The translations under genes and the position numbers were made by a program. The notes below the pieces were generated by a model. The model saw only the letters and a program-made list of their open reading frames with translations. It did not search any database and had not been told where the DNA came from. 33,695 nt of DNA from Sphacelaria rigidula. Lineage: Eukaryota. Every line of letters begins with the position of its first letter. Within the stretch, counting starts at the first letter, position 1. The stretch is from positions 1 through 33,695 of the forward strand of contig CAXNAA020000031.1 in NCBI GenBank assembly GCA_964200075.2, read 5' to 3'. Positions 13,001-24,421 of this stretch are shown piece by piece.

Positions 13001-14921
13001 TGCGGCCCAGGAGGAGCGAAGTGATCATTCTGGCGGATCACGACTATCGAAATGGTCGCTTGGTGCTCCCTAATTTACAGATGTGCTACTTCGCGGTCTA
13101 GCTATATCTCGTCGGGACATACACTAAAAGCACACATACTGACTCTGCACGCAGTAGACTGCCGAGTAAAAACCGGCCAGGGGTTCTCCAGAGGATTTGT
13201 CATACAGACGCCCCGCATTTACATGATGAAAAAAAGCGTTTCGGGTACCGAGGAAAGAGCTGTTTTGAACCTCCAAATGTGGCGTGGTCCATCTCAGTCA
13301 ACCTGCGGAGGGGTTGCTGACATACCAGTGCGGGTAATCCATCTGGATCCCGCATGCTTTTTCAAGTGCAAATTGATGACGATTCAGCAGCTGACCTACC
13401 CTCGCGGTCGAAGGGTTAAGCAGAAATCAGCTTGTCCATCCGCACCGTACACAAAATGAGAAGGTGCAAAAGCCTTGATTGGATCAAAAGAGAGGGGGTT
13501 TGCCTGTGGTGAAAGGTACACCCAATTGTACACTGACAGGACATGCACTGTCGAATCTGTGTACTACTCTGTTATGTCGTGATACCGGGCTGGGCAACTC
13601 ATGCACCCTATAAATATAAAATACATCGAACAGCACCAACTGACTCCTTCACTTTAGAGGGGGCAAGGTAACCATCAAGAGAGTGCGCAGGAGAATATGA
13701 AGACCCCCACGGAAGAGTTCTCGGCCATTTTCAAGTTGACAGCTGCCACCCACGTGACCGCATCGAGAGACAGCAAAATTCGCGGGTCGATGCTTCGCAT
13801 CATTGACTTGGACAGTACGGTGCGGCAAAAAGCGGAAGATTGTTGCACCCCCTATTTGCGTTCGTCGCCATATGCAGTACAGTAGTAGGATACGTGAGGC
13901 TGACGACAACAATCATCACCATTACATCCCAGGAACGCTGTAACACTGTACCGTCTGCACTGCACGCACATAGCGGTTGATCTTCCTGAAGGACACCTGG
14001 GAGAAGTACCGCTGGGCAATGTGCACCGCCGCCGACATAGCTAGCAGAGGAAGCTTGAGCGGCTTACACGAGTCAAATATGAACGTGTGAGTCTTTGACC
14101 GTAGAATCTTCTCCTCGTCCATTGACCTGTCGACAAATGGCGGGGTCCTAGCGTGTTACTCTACAGCAGTATGACGGGTAAGTGTCACGCCAGTACAGTC
14201 AGTCCCGCGGCAGTAAGTACTACACGGACAAAAAGTGTAGAACAGTTACCGTAGTCGTACGGGGTATGACAAAGGTTTTTGTGACGTGAGGGGATTGTAG
14301 TTTTTGTGGGCCATTTTTCCCACGCTTTTTTTTCATCCAGAAAATTTCCCATTTCTTGAGCCGGGAACACCGCATCAAGAACCTAGGGACGTTGTTATAG
14401 TTTCTTGGGCGACATCACGCACTCAAAGGCGCCCACAAAAAAGAGCGGTTAGTAAGAAAGACACGCCGCCAGAGGTAATACGTGCGTGCTACACTGAATC
14501 CGCAACTTTGACATTCTCGCGCACCCGGGATTCCCGCCGGCGTTAGCTCGCTTGGCGAAGAACGTCAGCGACCACCGAAGAGCGGTTGTATTGCATAGGT
14601 GGCAAAAAGAATGATTCGTTGAAAATAAAACCTTATATCCCCCTACGAATTCTGGGGGGTGCTTTTAGGAGGGGACAAAGGGACATCAGCCTCGCTGGCC
14701 AAAAAATAAACAAACGGCATCTTGGTGAAGTGGGCAACATCATAGTTATGGTGTGAGGATACGTCTGCGCACGAAGCCACGCTCCCCACACCGCTTTCGA
14801 AACATAGCGCTCACATGTTGTCCTGGAGAGAGGGGGGGTTGGCAAGCTCTTCTGGCGTGAAATACCAGCCTCGGTCCTTCCATCCTTTGTCCGATCTCCT
14901 TCCCGCGAATGTCTCCACCAT
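2606..14921 (-). CDS. Cyclin T/K-family (P-TEFb/CDK12-type) transcription cyclin; spliced gene, 7 coding exons, 744 aa
   Basis: Manual splicing gives 107+157+138+130+64+152+1487 = 2235 nt, with GT-AG at every junction and consistent phases. The protein has the transcription-cyclin N-terminus WYFTPEELANPPSLQDNMSMDEEKILR, cyclin box 1 (AAVHIAQRYFSQVSF...AAIFLAAKVEE...ERVLFMENQLINAVGFDFMIEHPY), box 2 (IVVNMSLKGTMCLEHPP...SWMQV...LNRACCQLIEV) and a Pro-rich tail. It has no RS domain, which argues against cyclin L. Confidence 0.93.
3360..3431. repeat. Coding 18-bp tandem repeat, 4 copies (PPSTPK/PPAAPK)
   Basis: Units ggcttgggtgtagacggt / ggcttgggtgcagctggc / ggcttgggtgtagacggc / ggcttgggtgtagacggt. 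Confidence 0.9.
4589..4740 (-). CDS. Cyclin T/K exon 6 (LKGTMCLEHPPTMRARLAVYVTLLCNEIPTPPGHKSWMQVLRFPDLRALN)
   Basis: Acceptor cacag|C and donor C|gtacgt; fits the T.LCL...P..IA...Y and SW pattern of cyclin box 2. Confidence 0.9.
5105..5168 (-). CDS. Cyclin T/K exon 5 (GWISQETAKYFLRQAVIVVNMS)
   Basis: Acceptor aag|GC and donor AG|gtgcgt. The phases join exons 4 and 6 exactly, and the peptide fits the L.Q.A...VNDS helix of cyclin box 2. Confidence 0.85.
5770..5899 (-). CDS. Cyclin T/K exon 4 (EYGPYQERVLFMENQLINAVGFDFMIEHPYNHYTDIFKYFVAQ)
   Basis: Acceptor ttgcag|GAG and donor CAGG|gtgagg; conserved E...L...FDF.IEHPY end of cyclin box 1. Confidence 0.95.
6240..6377 (-). CDS. Cyclin T/K exon 3 (DTAAAAIFLAAKVEEFRVKLDYVLRVTWAIRHGKDPTRYTLKPTDP)
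   Basis: Acceptor ttacag|GAC and donor CCG|gtgagt; contains the conserved FLAAKVEE motif. Confidence 0.95.
6961..7469 (-). repeat. Dispersed repeat family A, copy 2 (in cyclin intron 2)
   Basis: Inverted, diverged copy of 82-709. Confidence 0.85.
7727..8393. mobile_element. Foldback/MITE-like element with outer inverted repeats and an internal hairpin
   Basis: 7727-7761 (atgcgccggccagtatcaagagttggagcgtaaaa) is inverted relative to 8359-8393. Internal imperfect hairpin arms lie at 7766-7837 and 7865-7934. Confidence 0.6.
9482..9938 (+). repeat. Diverged ~80-bp direct repeats (9482-9562 and 9859-9938)
   Basis: Both copies read caccgatatc.acttct.ga...gacgtttgca.gct...aggtattact. Confidence 0.75.
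9566..9796. mobile_element. 231-bp MITE with about 34-bp TIRs
   Basis: ctcttttggaaccgttgatggaaaagtgacgatt (9566-9599) versus the reverse complement of 9763-9796, cccttttggacccgttcatggaaaagtgacgatt. Confidence 0.75.
13970..14126 (-). CDS. Cyclin T/K exon 2 (SMDEEKILRSKTHTFIFDSCKPLKLPLLAMSAAVHIAQRYFSQVSFRKINRY)
   Basis: Acceptor cag|G and donor TAT|gtgcgt; encodes the first cyclin-box helices. Confidence 0.92.
14815..14921 (-). CDS. Cyclin T/K exon 1 (MVETFAGRRSDKGWKDRGWYFTPEELANPPSLQDN)
   Basis: ATG at 14921; WYF-x-x-EEL-x-N-x-PS cyclin T/K N-terminal signature; donor AT|gtgagc (phase 2). This frame is not listed in the ORF track. Confidence 0.88.
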
Positions 14922-15738
14922 CGTCACTCGACGCCAATCTCTTCAGTAAGAACCGCGCACCTACGCCCCACCACCCACCACCCCACGCCTCGTGAGGTAT
15001 CCTTCACTGAATTCTCCTCCGTCCAAAGCAATTGCTTCCACGCGTGCGTTGCTTGCCCACGTACCAATTTCGGGGATACTCGTCTCCCTGTTTTCGTCAC
15101 ACTTGGCCCCAGGTCTAGTTCGCGTAGTGACAAAATCCCTTCTTTGCTTTATAACTAATCGAGAGCAAGCACAACTGTTACCCGCAAGAATCTTTACACT
15201 CCACGTTCGCCGCGACGACTCTGTCACAGTAGCCGCCGTACGTAGTCTTTCACCTGTCCTTGATAAGCGCCTATCCTACACCGTCTCAGTGCGGTACCTC
15301 GAGTCGCCACACGATACCCGACTGTCTTACTCTCCATATTACGTACGTCACATTCATCATACTACTATGAAGGCGTGTTTATGTCTGGCCGGTTGCAGTT
15401 TCGGGTTTTGAAAGGACCTCTCTCATATGTCGCACACACATCAAAGCTCGGCTTACCCACCAGCCCCGGTTGCATCACGAGGGATACTTCAGCTGAAGAA
15501 ACATCGCGACATCATCATCACCACCATCTTCAGGTTAGATATTAAAAGCGCGGCCCGTGTTTTCGACCTTCGACCCCTTGAGAGCCTCTTTCGCTAGCTG
15601 TGATCTGGGCGATCAATTTCGTGAAAATACGCCGGCTCTTTAGCTTGTGTACAAGCAGTCTTGCTCTCTTCCACAGAACACGCCTTTTGACCGTTCCGTT
15701 GACTTAGCACTTTCACCATTTGCCGACTTGGGGTCAGC

Positions 15739-18700
15739 ATGAGTGTCAAACCCCCACCACCCCCACCACCCCCAACGCGTGGTAGTCGGCAATCAAACAC
15801 CCGTCTACGCGAGCGAAGTCGGTCGCGAGAGCGAGAGTCACGCAATGGCGAAAACCAACTTCGGGCGCCTGAGTTTCAAGATAGCAACAGCAGCGACAAC
15901 ACCCAGTGCTCCTGTAGGGATTGTGCCGCCTTGTCGGCCAATGAGGAGCAACACCGTGACTGGAGCATAAGGTTTCCGGGTCATTCGAAAGAGAGTTACC
16001 TCAACTTGGTGCGTGTGCTGGACGAGTGCATTTATGGCGACTATGAAGCAGGCAATAGTTCATCTGAAATTACTCTTGATCGGTTTTCGGAGGGTGTCGA
16101 CTTTTATCCAGCTGAGCCTCCCGTGTATTCGAGTGGCGACTGCGAGTATACGCCCGCCTCGCCGGGAATTGAGACGGAAGACCTCTCTGATGAATCTTCG
16201 TGCCATGATGAGAGTGATATGCAATGGAAGGTTGGAAGCACAACGGGGACCAAGGGGGGCCGGGCGGAATCGAATACAGCTTGAAATTTGTTTCAATTAC
16301 CGCTTCGTTGACTTGGCGAAGCCAAATGTGAACAAAGAACTTGTCCGATGCTACAAAATGTAAATATCTACATGAAGCTTTAACCGTATAGCGGATGTGA
16401 GGAGCGTGCCCATCATGCTTGTGTACACGTGTATATTTGTTGAGACGTTTGTCGGGACTTGCCTTGTTGAGGCGACGAGCAGGGCAGCACTTCACCGTGA
16501 TCTCTGTCGTGTTTTATGATATTCCCGGAGTTACATTTCGACTGCTTCGGAGGAACTAGCTCGTTTTTTAACGTGTTTTTCCATGATGTGGTTCGGGAGC
16601 ATGACCGTGCCAAGCGCGAAACTCTATCAGGGGTGTATCTGCAATGGGCTGCAAGGTGCCGGGTGCCGACCAATCCGACAGCCGGCAGGGTTCACCTTAC
16701 TGAAGGGTGAGCATGAGTCGTGACTGAAAGATAGGATGGTGTAGGTGTTGCGGTAGATGTAAACGTTGCGCGCAATTGTAAAGTTTAGAGTAGGCGGATT
16801 TGTGGCGATTTGATGACAGCGTTCATACAGCGTTGTGCATATCAGTAGAGTGCTGTAATTCTCAGGACTTGACAGATGTTCCTGGTTACCACCTGTACAG
16901 CTGTGCTTGGTGTGTCGCTACTATACCTTCGCGATAGATGTGAGATTGCTTTTACCCCACGTCCCTTATGGTAATATCATGCGGAACGTGTTGATCTTAC
17001 GCTGATGCTTTTTGACAAGGAGTTTTTAGTTTACCCCGTGTTACATTTTGGATTTCCTGTGCCTTCCAGCGCCAACTCATGCTTGGATATATAGGTTGTG
17101 CGGTCCAGAATACTGGGCTACACGTGCGTTGTACTGTAGTACAGTAGTGTTATTTCGTCAAAACTTGCGCCGCGTCTGGATGTAAGCTCGTGTAGTAGAA
17201 GTGATGCACGTAATTCATGTTTCAGGTATACGATATTCTTGATGTGAGTAGTGTTTCTAGCGTCATAAGAGTGATTTTCCCAAGAAAGAGCGGTCATGAT
17301 ACGCACGGCTACGATGCTGGGTGGTCGTTGGCAATATGAGGGCTACGATGAGAATGCTCTCTGAATACTTCGGGCTCTGCGTGGTGCTTGCCCTACTTCA
17401 GAGCATGAGGAGTGTGGTGGATGATTGGTTGATGTGAGACTTCATAGATGCGAGCTGAATACCTTTCCGCGTGTGGCTCTTTTTGATCTTCGAGTGTAGG
17501 AGGTACTAGACCTGTGCCCCGATACCTCTTGGTGGTACAACACCGTCGAGCCACCTTCTTCAAACGGCGCCGCATCTTGTTTCGGTCCAACAATTAGTGG
17601 TCCATTGCAGGTCGATACGAAAAGTATAAGTTCGATGTTGTTGGCTTTTGGCATGTGTTCTCAAGACGGGTCGGTCTACTGCACCCTTCGTCCCTTTACC
17701 GTTATGAAAGCTCAGCAGCGCGTGAGGCACGGCACGAGATGTACAGCGCTGTCGTCCTGGCCCATGCACGGCGCCCCTCAAAAGGTGAACCGCAGGTAGT
17801 GAACTCTACCAAGAAGGGTGGTCTGATTGAGGCAAGGAACTGAGACACGTGATTTTTACCCCGAGATGCTCCACTTGATTGACGCACGGTCGTGCGCAAA
17901 CGGGAATGTTATGAAGCATCTTGGGTTTCGGCATTGAGCGCGAAACTTTTTCCACGCGCGTACGTGCTCCCTGGCTTTGGGTTGTCCTACGTTGTGCCTC
18001 ACGAGAAAGACAGCCTCACATGATCAGGGCTGGAACACTCGCTCCGAATGCGCAGTGCCCGTATTGCTCGGGTGTTGGCTGTTCCGCTCGCAGCCTGTTT
18101 GTTCTGTTTTCCGCATTTTTCCCGGTGCGCAGGTTTCACCGCATCACCGCAGGGGTACTAGCTGCTAGTTCTCCTCAGTTCTAGCATGTGCTGCCCAAAC
18201 ACCCACGGTACACCACTATTCTCCACGGTAGTTACTGCCCATGATGTCCGTCTCGCCGTTAGCTGCTCATCGTTGTTACGGAGCCAACAAGAATCGTCAC
18301 AGTAACATGATCCCCATCCCTCCCCTCCAGTTCTAAAGAGGCGGGATTGGGTTTTGTCTCGTTTACTCTTCATTTTTCCAAGTCTCGGAAGTCCTTTAGA
18401 TGGTGTCCAAATCGGACTCGTCTTGGTAGAAGCAATCCGTGCGTCCCTTCCAGTGAGTTGGAGAACTTGCCAGCGCATATAATGGCATTACTACCGTGTA
18501 CATTCCGGCGCAGCCACTTTTTTGGTTCACTGCTGATCCAAGGCAACTGCGATGCAATAGATGATGAAGAGAACCGTGCGCACCCTCCCCCGCCACCCAC
18601 CCTCACCCTCTCCCCTCCCGTCCTTTATCGGACCAAGCAGTTGTTTTGTCGTTCTTGTTTTTGGGAGTTGTACACATGGTCCTTCTCGTCTCACGTTTTT

Positions 18701-19515
18701 TGTGTATCGTTTTATTCGATGCTGCAAGTGCATGAAGACCCATCTGTTTTTTCCGCGCTCGTGAAATTCTCTAGCAGCGTCTTGCAAGCGCGCCGCGCTA
18801 AAAATTGGATTCTGGCGGTGCAACCACGAAAGAGAACAACTGACGCACTTAACCGGCGATGTTATCCCCTACTGGACTGTACCATACAGTCGTCCAACAC
18901 CAATGCTAGACACGTGACTGAAGTACGCAGAATGTCCACCAATGTTCCAGTTCAGCTTATGCCTGGTACTGCGATCACGTTTTTGGGGGACAGTTTTCAT
19001 CCGCTTTCTCCTGCTCCACCTGGAAAAAAAGGGAATTGTCGGAGTCATTCTAGCCGATTTTCTAACCATGCCCCACCGTGGCGGCTGCGTAAGCTCAACA
19101 TTCCAGGGTAACCACCCAAGAGGATCATGGTAATATCATCATCTATACATCGCAGTCTCAGGCATGGGAAGGTGCATGCAGTAAGGGCGTTGTGAGTGCC
19201 TCGACCGCCTTTCAACAAGCAGGAGTTGCAACTTCCGAGGATGCTCAAATTCTGAATCTGGACGTGACTTTGAAATCGATAGCAAAAAGCCGTACGAATA
19301 CGAGCTGGGCCAGTCAAGAGCACGTGTATACCTCTCTCAGGCGACGTACGGCGCGATATTTGGACTCGTACTCTGGAATTTTGACGGCAGCTTTCTATTA
19401 TCGAAATGCAGAAGATCACGGGACCAGCAACAAAAGAAGTTATGGGCATTCGGAATTTCAGCAAAACCGAGATAATGCCATGAATCGAGAGAAAAAAAAG
19501 AGAATCTGTAGCTAG
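15739..19515 (+). pseudogene. Decayed gene-like region of unknown family (ORF fragments of 181, 254 and 107 aa)
   Basis: Co-oriented protein-like ORFs at 15739-16284, 18347-19111 and 19192-19515 are linked by frames broken by stops and frameshifts (e.g. at the A-run near 19024). Splice-like sites occur at 16707 (gtgagc) and 17225 (ttcag). No family recognised. Confidence 0.35.
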
Positions 19516-20028
19516 ATACGTGAACTATCAGTTTCTTGGGTGCAGAAAGTTGTCGTGAAATTTCAGCTCGAGAGTCGTCGAACTGCACCATGCCTTCAAC
19601 ATTTTCTTTGATGCTGCTGCACCTCTGTAAATCAAGTGATTGGAGACTCCAGTAATGGAGGTCATGCTTCCGAATCCCGACAGATTCTCTTTTTGTTCGT
19701 CAGTCGTTAACGTTATACATTATGCAGTATGTATATATTTTAATTACATTCAGCGGTGGCACCGTGTGTCACCCACCAGGTTGATCACACCGGGTTTATT
19801 CGGGAAACTGGGGAAGCTGTGGTGTGAGCAAGTTTTAGCAGCTTTTAAGCTGGCCCAGCTCGTATGCCAAAATTGAAGAGGTCACGGGGAACTGTGAACA
19901 CACAGGAGAGGTGCAAAGAATGGGGAAAATGACCTGTTTTCCTTCGCCTGGAATGACTCGAGCTTTATTTGCGCAACCACGGGTGTCCTGTGTGCACGCC
20001 GTCACTTGAGCCTACACCTTATTCGAAT

Positions 20029-23000
20029 CTATGCTCCTGTCGTGGGTGAGTTATCAAAACACATTCTGGTACTTTTACTGATTTCAACAACTGATGCATT
20101 CGCCTCATCATGTATCTTCACCGATATTGCTACGATGGGTAGACTCTGATCATGGTGCGCTTGGGGAGGAAAGGGATCCACTTTTTCTTTCAGGGCTGCG
20201 CTAGTTGGCCACGAACGCACATCGAGCGGAGACGAGAGCAGCGCCACTTCGGTCGACTGGCAATCTTGGGTGCTATGAAGTCCGCTGTTCCGTGAGTCCA
20301 TCTTGACCGGGCGCGTGTTTAGCTGAATCTGGTTGAACACGGCACGGATGGCGGGTCTCGTGGGAACTACCGAATATTGATCGTCTCAGTGGAGCAACAA
20401 CGCCTACATGAAAAAGTGGGTGGGCACGCGTAGGGCACATGTCATGATTCCTCATGTATTAGCCACGACTTGCGCCACCAAGGTCTCTTCGATGAGAAAC
20501 AGTTGATGGTGGCGGGGATGGATGTGACAGAGGTTTGTGCACTTGCTTGTGCGAGAAATTGAAGAGAAACATGAAAATGATCATGATTAGAAAAAATCCA
20601 CGCATATTCCACGCATGGCAAGCGGTTGGTAAACTTGAGTTTTGTACGTTCCCTTCTGATGGCCCGAAGACAACTTGTGAACGTCATCTACGCCCACCAC
20701 ATGAATCGCCCTCAACTCTCCAAAATTCACCGCGCGGTCAGCATAGGAGAACTCCGATCAAGTTAGGCGGTCCAGGAAGTACGCGTGCCTGGTCTTGGAG
20801 CTTCGCCGACCAGCGAAGAACTTTTCACCATGTGTGCGACACATGCGGAGAAGGACAGCTCTTTGGCATGCTGAGACAATAGTGAAAACCGTTCACCGAT
20901 CGTGACATTCCCTCATCCTTCGCGCTGTCAACTCGAATGAGATGATCAATATTTACCAATAACGTCATGTACTGTACAACTGGGGATGCTGAACAATGGA
21001 AACGAACATGATCGGAACTTGAAAAGAAATGGGGCTTGAAAACCGCCGGAAACCTTGCCATCGTTATTCGTCCTCCCGCCGGCATCAATGTTTTTGTATC
21101 CCCCCCTTCCCCCCTTCCCCCCTGACCGATATGTGCCCCCCCCAGAGGATCAACGCCAATGATCGGCGATGCTGTGAAACACTCCACTTACACCGTAGCT
21201 AGGTACTCAGATTACTGTTTATTTTGCTAGCGCTTTTATTGCGGTAACCGTTATGATGGTCGAGACGGATTACATCGGGCGAGGTGACGAAACCTTGACT
21301 CCGCGCGAGGAAATGGTTGTACTACGCACTGTTCACCTAGCTTGTAGTAAAACGGACGACCGATTTCTACGGCTGTTCCCTGCCGACTGTGTTTGTTGTC
21401 GTCCAATATATTCTGGGCGCCAGTTCACACTTTTCGGTACATGTGGACACATCAGCCGGGGTCACACAGGAAGAACAAAGAGCTTTATTCTTGTTGGTTT
21501 TTGGTACCCCACCTTCCTTCTGCGGTGCTTTCCTTTTACTATTTTGTTATCGCGAGAGGGGTTCAGCAGTCCCTCTCCCTCGTCGACCGTCAAGTCGAAT
21601 TTTGTGTACCCACGACATAATCGCTCTCCACTCTTGGGCATGGTAACTCTAAAAGTGGCGATACCAGAAAATCAAGTATGATACAGTAGGCTGCCATTCA
21701 CATGAAACATAAGCAGTCCACTTTGGGCCTAACGAAATTATCGGGATGATGCAGGTCACCCGTCATGCCACTCGCCGAGTACATCACGGCTCCTCGCGTT
21801 CGGTGATGGCGAACCCGGTACAGCGGAAGCGCGGTGTGCTCCGGCTCAGCTTTGTTGAAATGTGATGCCAGTGCTCTCATGGATACGGTATTCGAGATCA
21901 TGAGCACACCCTATCCCCCCACCCGAATGTTCACCTTCGGTCCATGCCCGGAGTTGTGCGAGATTGTACTCCCTGAAGCAGTTCAAATGGGGCACCCTGT
22001 GACATACTTCAAACGGTAGAGTGTATGGTTCTTGAGATGAACGAGAACCTCCTCATCCGTGCGTTCTGAGCCAAATATTCCGAGGAAGGTCCCGTGATCT
22101 CCACCCCCCCCCCCCCCCCCCCATCCTCAAGTTTTTTTTGCATGATCCTGGAGTGAAGTTGTTATGCTGTGTAATTTTTTGTAGGAAAACTCGTTCACCC
22201 TGCCTGGGTTTCAACGCATAATAGTCTATTCCGGTGTCTAACCGCGATAGTGCAAGGAGGGGAGATGGCACCAAAGAATGCCAGGAATGAAGGAACGATG
22301 ATAGAGTTTTTGCGAGTGCATGTAACACGCACGAGGGAACTTGGAGTTTCTCTGTAAGGAAACTCCGGTTTTCCAACCTGTAAATCGTTTGATGCTTGTT
22401 GCTTTTCAATACAACAATTAAATTGTCGACCTCTGTTCGATTCTGCACTGAATGGCGGATGTCACTGCCAGCATAGTTTGGTAGTACTGTTCGACAGTAT
22501 CTTCGAACATTGGGCCGGACCTAAGGCGGCTAATTTCTGTCGAGTAACAGGAGTCATTTCAATCATGTGAACGTAATTTGGAAAATCGAACTGTGTAGTT
22601 TCTAAAGCGGTTTCGAAATTTGGTATATAATTTGTCGTTGGGGAGGGTGACCCCTCTGCAGACGGGAGTCTGTAGCGTCAGCAACGAAAGTTTCGGATTG
22701 CAGGATTGACGCACCACGCTAGATACAGTCGGATCACGACCGGAAGTATCTTTTTTCACCCTGCATGATGAGGTCTCGTCAACTCTTTGATCTCTCTCTC
22801 ACACACACACCAACTGTGGTAAGGGCACGCAGATGGTCACACATTTCATGTCGGGTGAAATAAACGATGCATAACATCCCTCAAGTTCAAATTGCATCTG
22901 TTGTTGCCGCAGCACCGTCCTTGCTGGCTTGTGTGTGACAGAGAACAGTAGTGGCAGTGACAGGAACATTGCCGTGTTTTTCAACATGTCTTCCAGCGCA

Positions 23001-24421
23001 CAGAGGCGCGCGTTCTGTCCAAAAAGAGGGGAAGAGAGAAATCGATCTTCGGATCGGTGAGTTCCACAGACAAGAAGAAACACCCTCTCGCAGCTCGATG
23101 TTCTCCGAGGGGCTGCGCGCAACATGATAACATGCCTACCGCCATATGAACAAATCGGTACTTGCCGGTAACATGCATGAGGTCAGTCTCCCGAGCGATT
23201 AGTAGGTGATCGCCCATCGAGGACACACAAAGGACATGGGCGAAGAGGTTCCTCCCTGTCATTGACATGCGTGTACACCACATTCATTGGATGCACGCAG
23301 CCACAACATATTCGCTGCTGCGAAGATGTGGGGGGGAAGGGGATTTCGCTCCGTGTAACTCTTCCGCGTCATCCCTGTTGAATATGCCTTCCGCGATAGC
23401 AACCCAATGAAGAATGATCGTTTACATGATATTATACCGACGTTCATGGACAACCAGAGGAGGTGCTGGCCGGATGGTTGCTTGAAATCATGAAAATGGA
23501 GCTGAAGGTATACAGAAATGCCTCTACCAATTAGCCACTTTTCAATTGTTGTGCAACTGATAATTTGAATTCTAGACCCAATTTCTACCTTATCTCCACA
23601 TGATTCCACGGTTGGGACAAATCAACTCGTGAGTCAACTCAAAGTCATCATCTCGATGAATAAATCATGCGGTTTATACATCAGTTGTAACTCACGCAGT
23701 CAACCCTTCATTACTCGAGGCTTGACGTAATTAACGCAGCCAACCCTTCTGTATTGGTAAATGTTTCCCACCTTCGAATGAATGCGGGACCTACCTAACT
23801 CAACAAGGTTGAATAATCTGCAGCCATAGGGCCTGAACCACAACACACTTTTCCCAAACCTGTCATGCGCGCAAGATGCCTGCACTGCGCAATATGTCAT
23901 ATGTTATCCACCCTCGGGAAAATGTGGGACCAACACTCTGCAAAGAGTTGAATTCCGCCATTCATGTTCATGGGGCCTGTATCACGCGTTTTTTTCCCAT
24001 GGGTAATGCACTGCATAATATGTGTAATGCACCCTCGACTCAGCGGACCAATTGTGTATACAGTATGATTGCTTGCGTATCATGGCAAGTCAACATGATA
24101 CTAGACCCGGCAGGCACGAGGAGGCGCGGCAGTTCGCCGCGGCTGTTCAGTACCGTGCACGAGCGGTACCTCTGCGTGGTGGTGGAAAGATGCGTTCGTC
24201 CAATCATGAACCATCGATGGCGTAGTCGTATGCTGCTGTGTTAAGACCTCACAGGAAAGCAACACGCGATATTGTACTGAAAGCACCTGAACGAATTGCT
24301 CCGCCGTGCCGGTACACGATGCACTATTCACTTTTATGTGCTTCAGACTACCCGATAGCGAAGGGGATGTGGCCGGTACCATGGTACGGGGGAAAAACAT
24401 CGAGCATATTCCAATTTTCAA
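20029..24421 (-). pseudogene. Decayed coding region with a possible Ulp1/C48 peptidase-like segment at about 23130-23609; likely transposon-derived
   Basis: A chain of minus-strand protein-like frames with stops and frameshifts. The motif order VYLQLH..GQHLLW..SNECGVHAC..(frameshift) ETDL..KYRFVHMAVGML resembles C48 peptidases, but the Trp after His and the catalytic Asp are not evident. Confidence 0.3.
23600..23930 (-). repeat. Dispersed repeat family D, copy 1, with an internal sub-repeat
   Basis: The reverse complement matches 31762-31880 (catcttgcg...tggttcagg...gtcccgcatt...cgaaggtgggaaa) and 32101-32166 (ttacaa.tgatgta...atgat.tattcat.ga.atgatg.ct.tgagttgact). Confidence 0.75.

Noticed and set aside
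13922..14122. Track ORF starting MDEEKILR as the cyclin start
   Set aside because: A cag acceptor lies 4 nt upstream, and an in-phase exon at 14921-14815 supplies the conserved WYF motif, so the ATG at 14122 is internal.
20835..20870. HHVCDTCGEG as a PHD or zinc-finger start
   Set aside because: Only one CxxC pair before a stop, and it is antisense to the better-supported decayed minus-strand frame.
21890..21960. GHGPKVNIRVGDRV/LMISN resembling the Pif1/Helitron helicase L.LKVG..VML..N motif
   Set aside because: It needs a frameshift, the expected NG motif does not follow, and no other helicase or Rep motifs were seen.
23880..23950. SLQSVGPTFSRGWITYDIL as the Ulp1 N-terminal WL.D motif
   Set aside because: It lies mostly inside the family D repeat, so the resemblance is probably coincidental.
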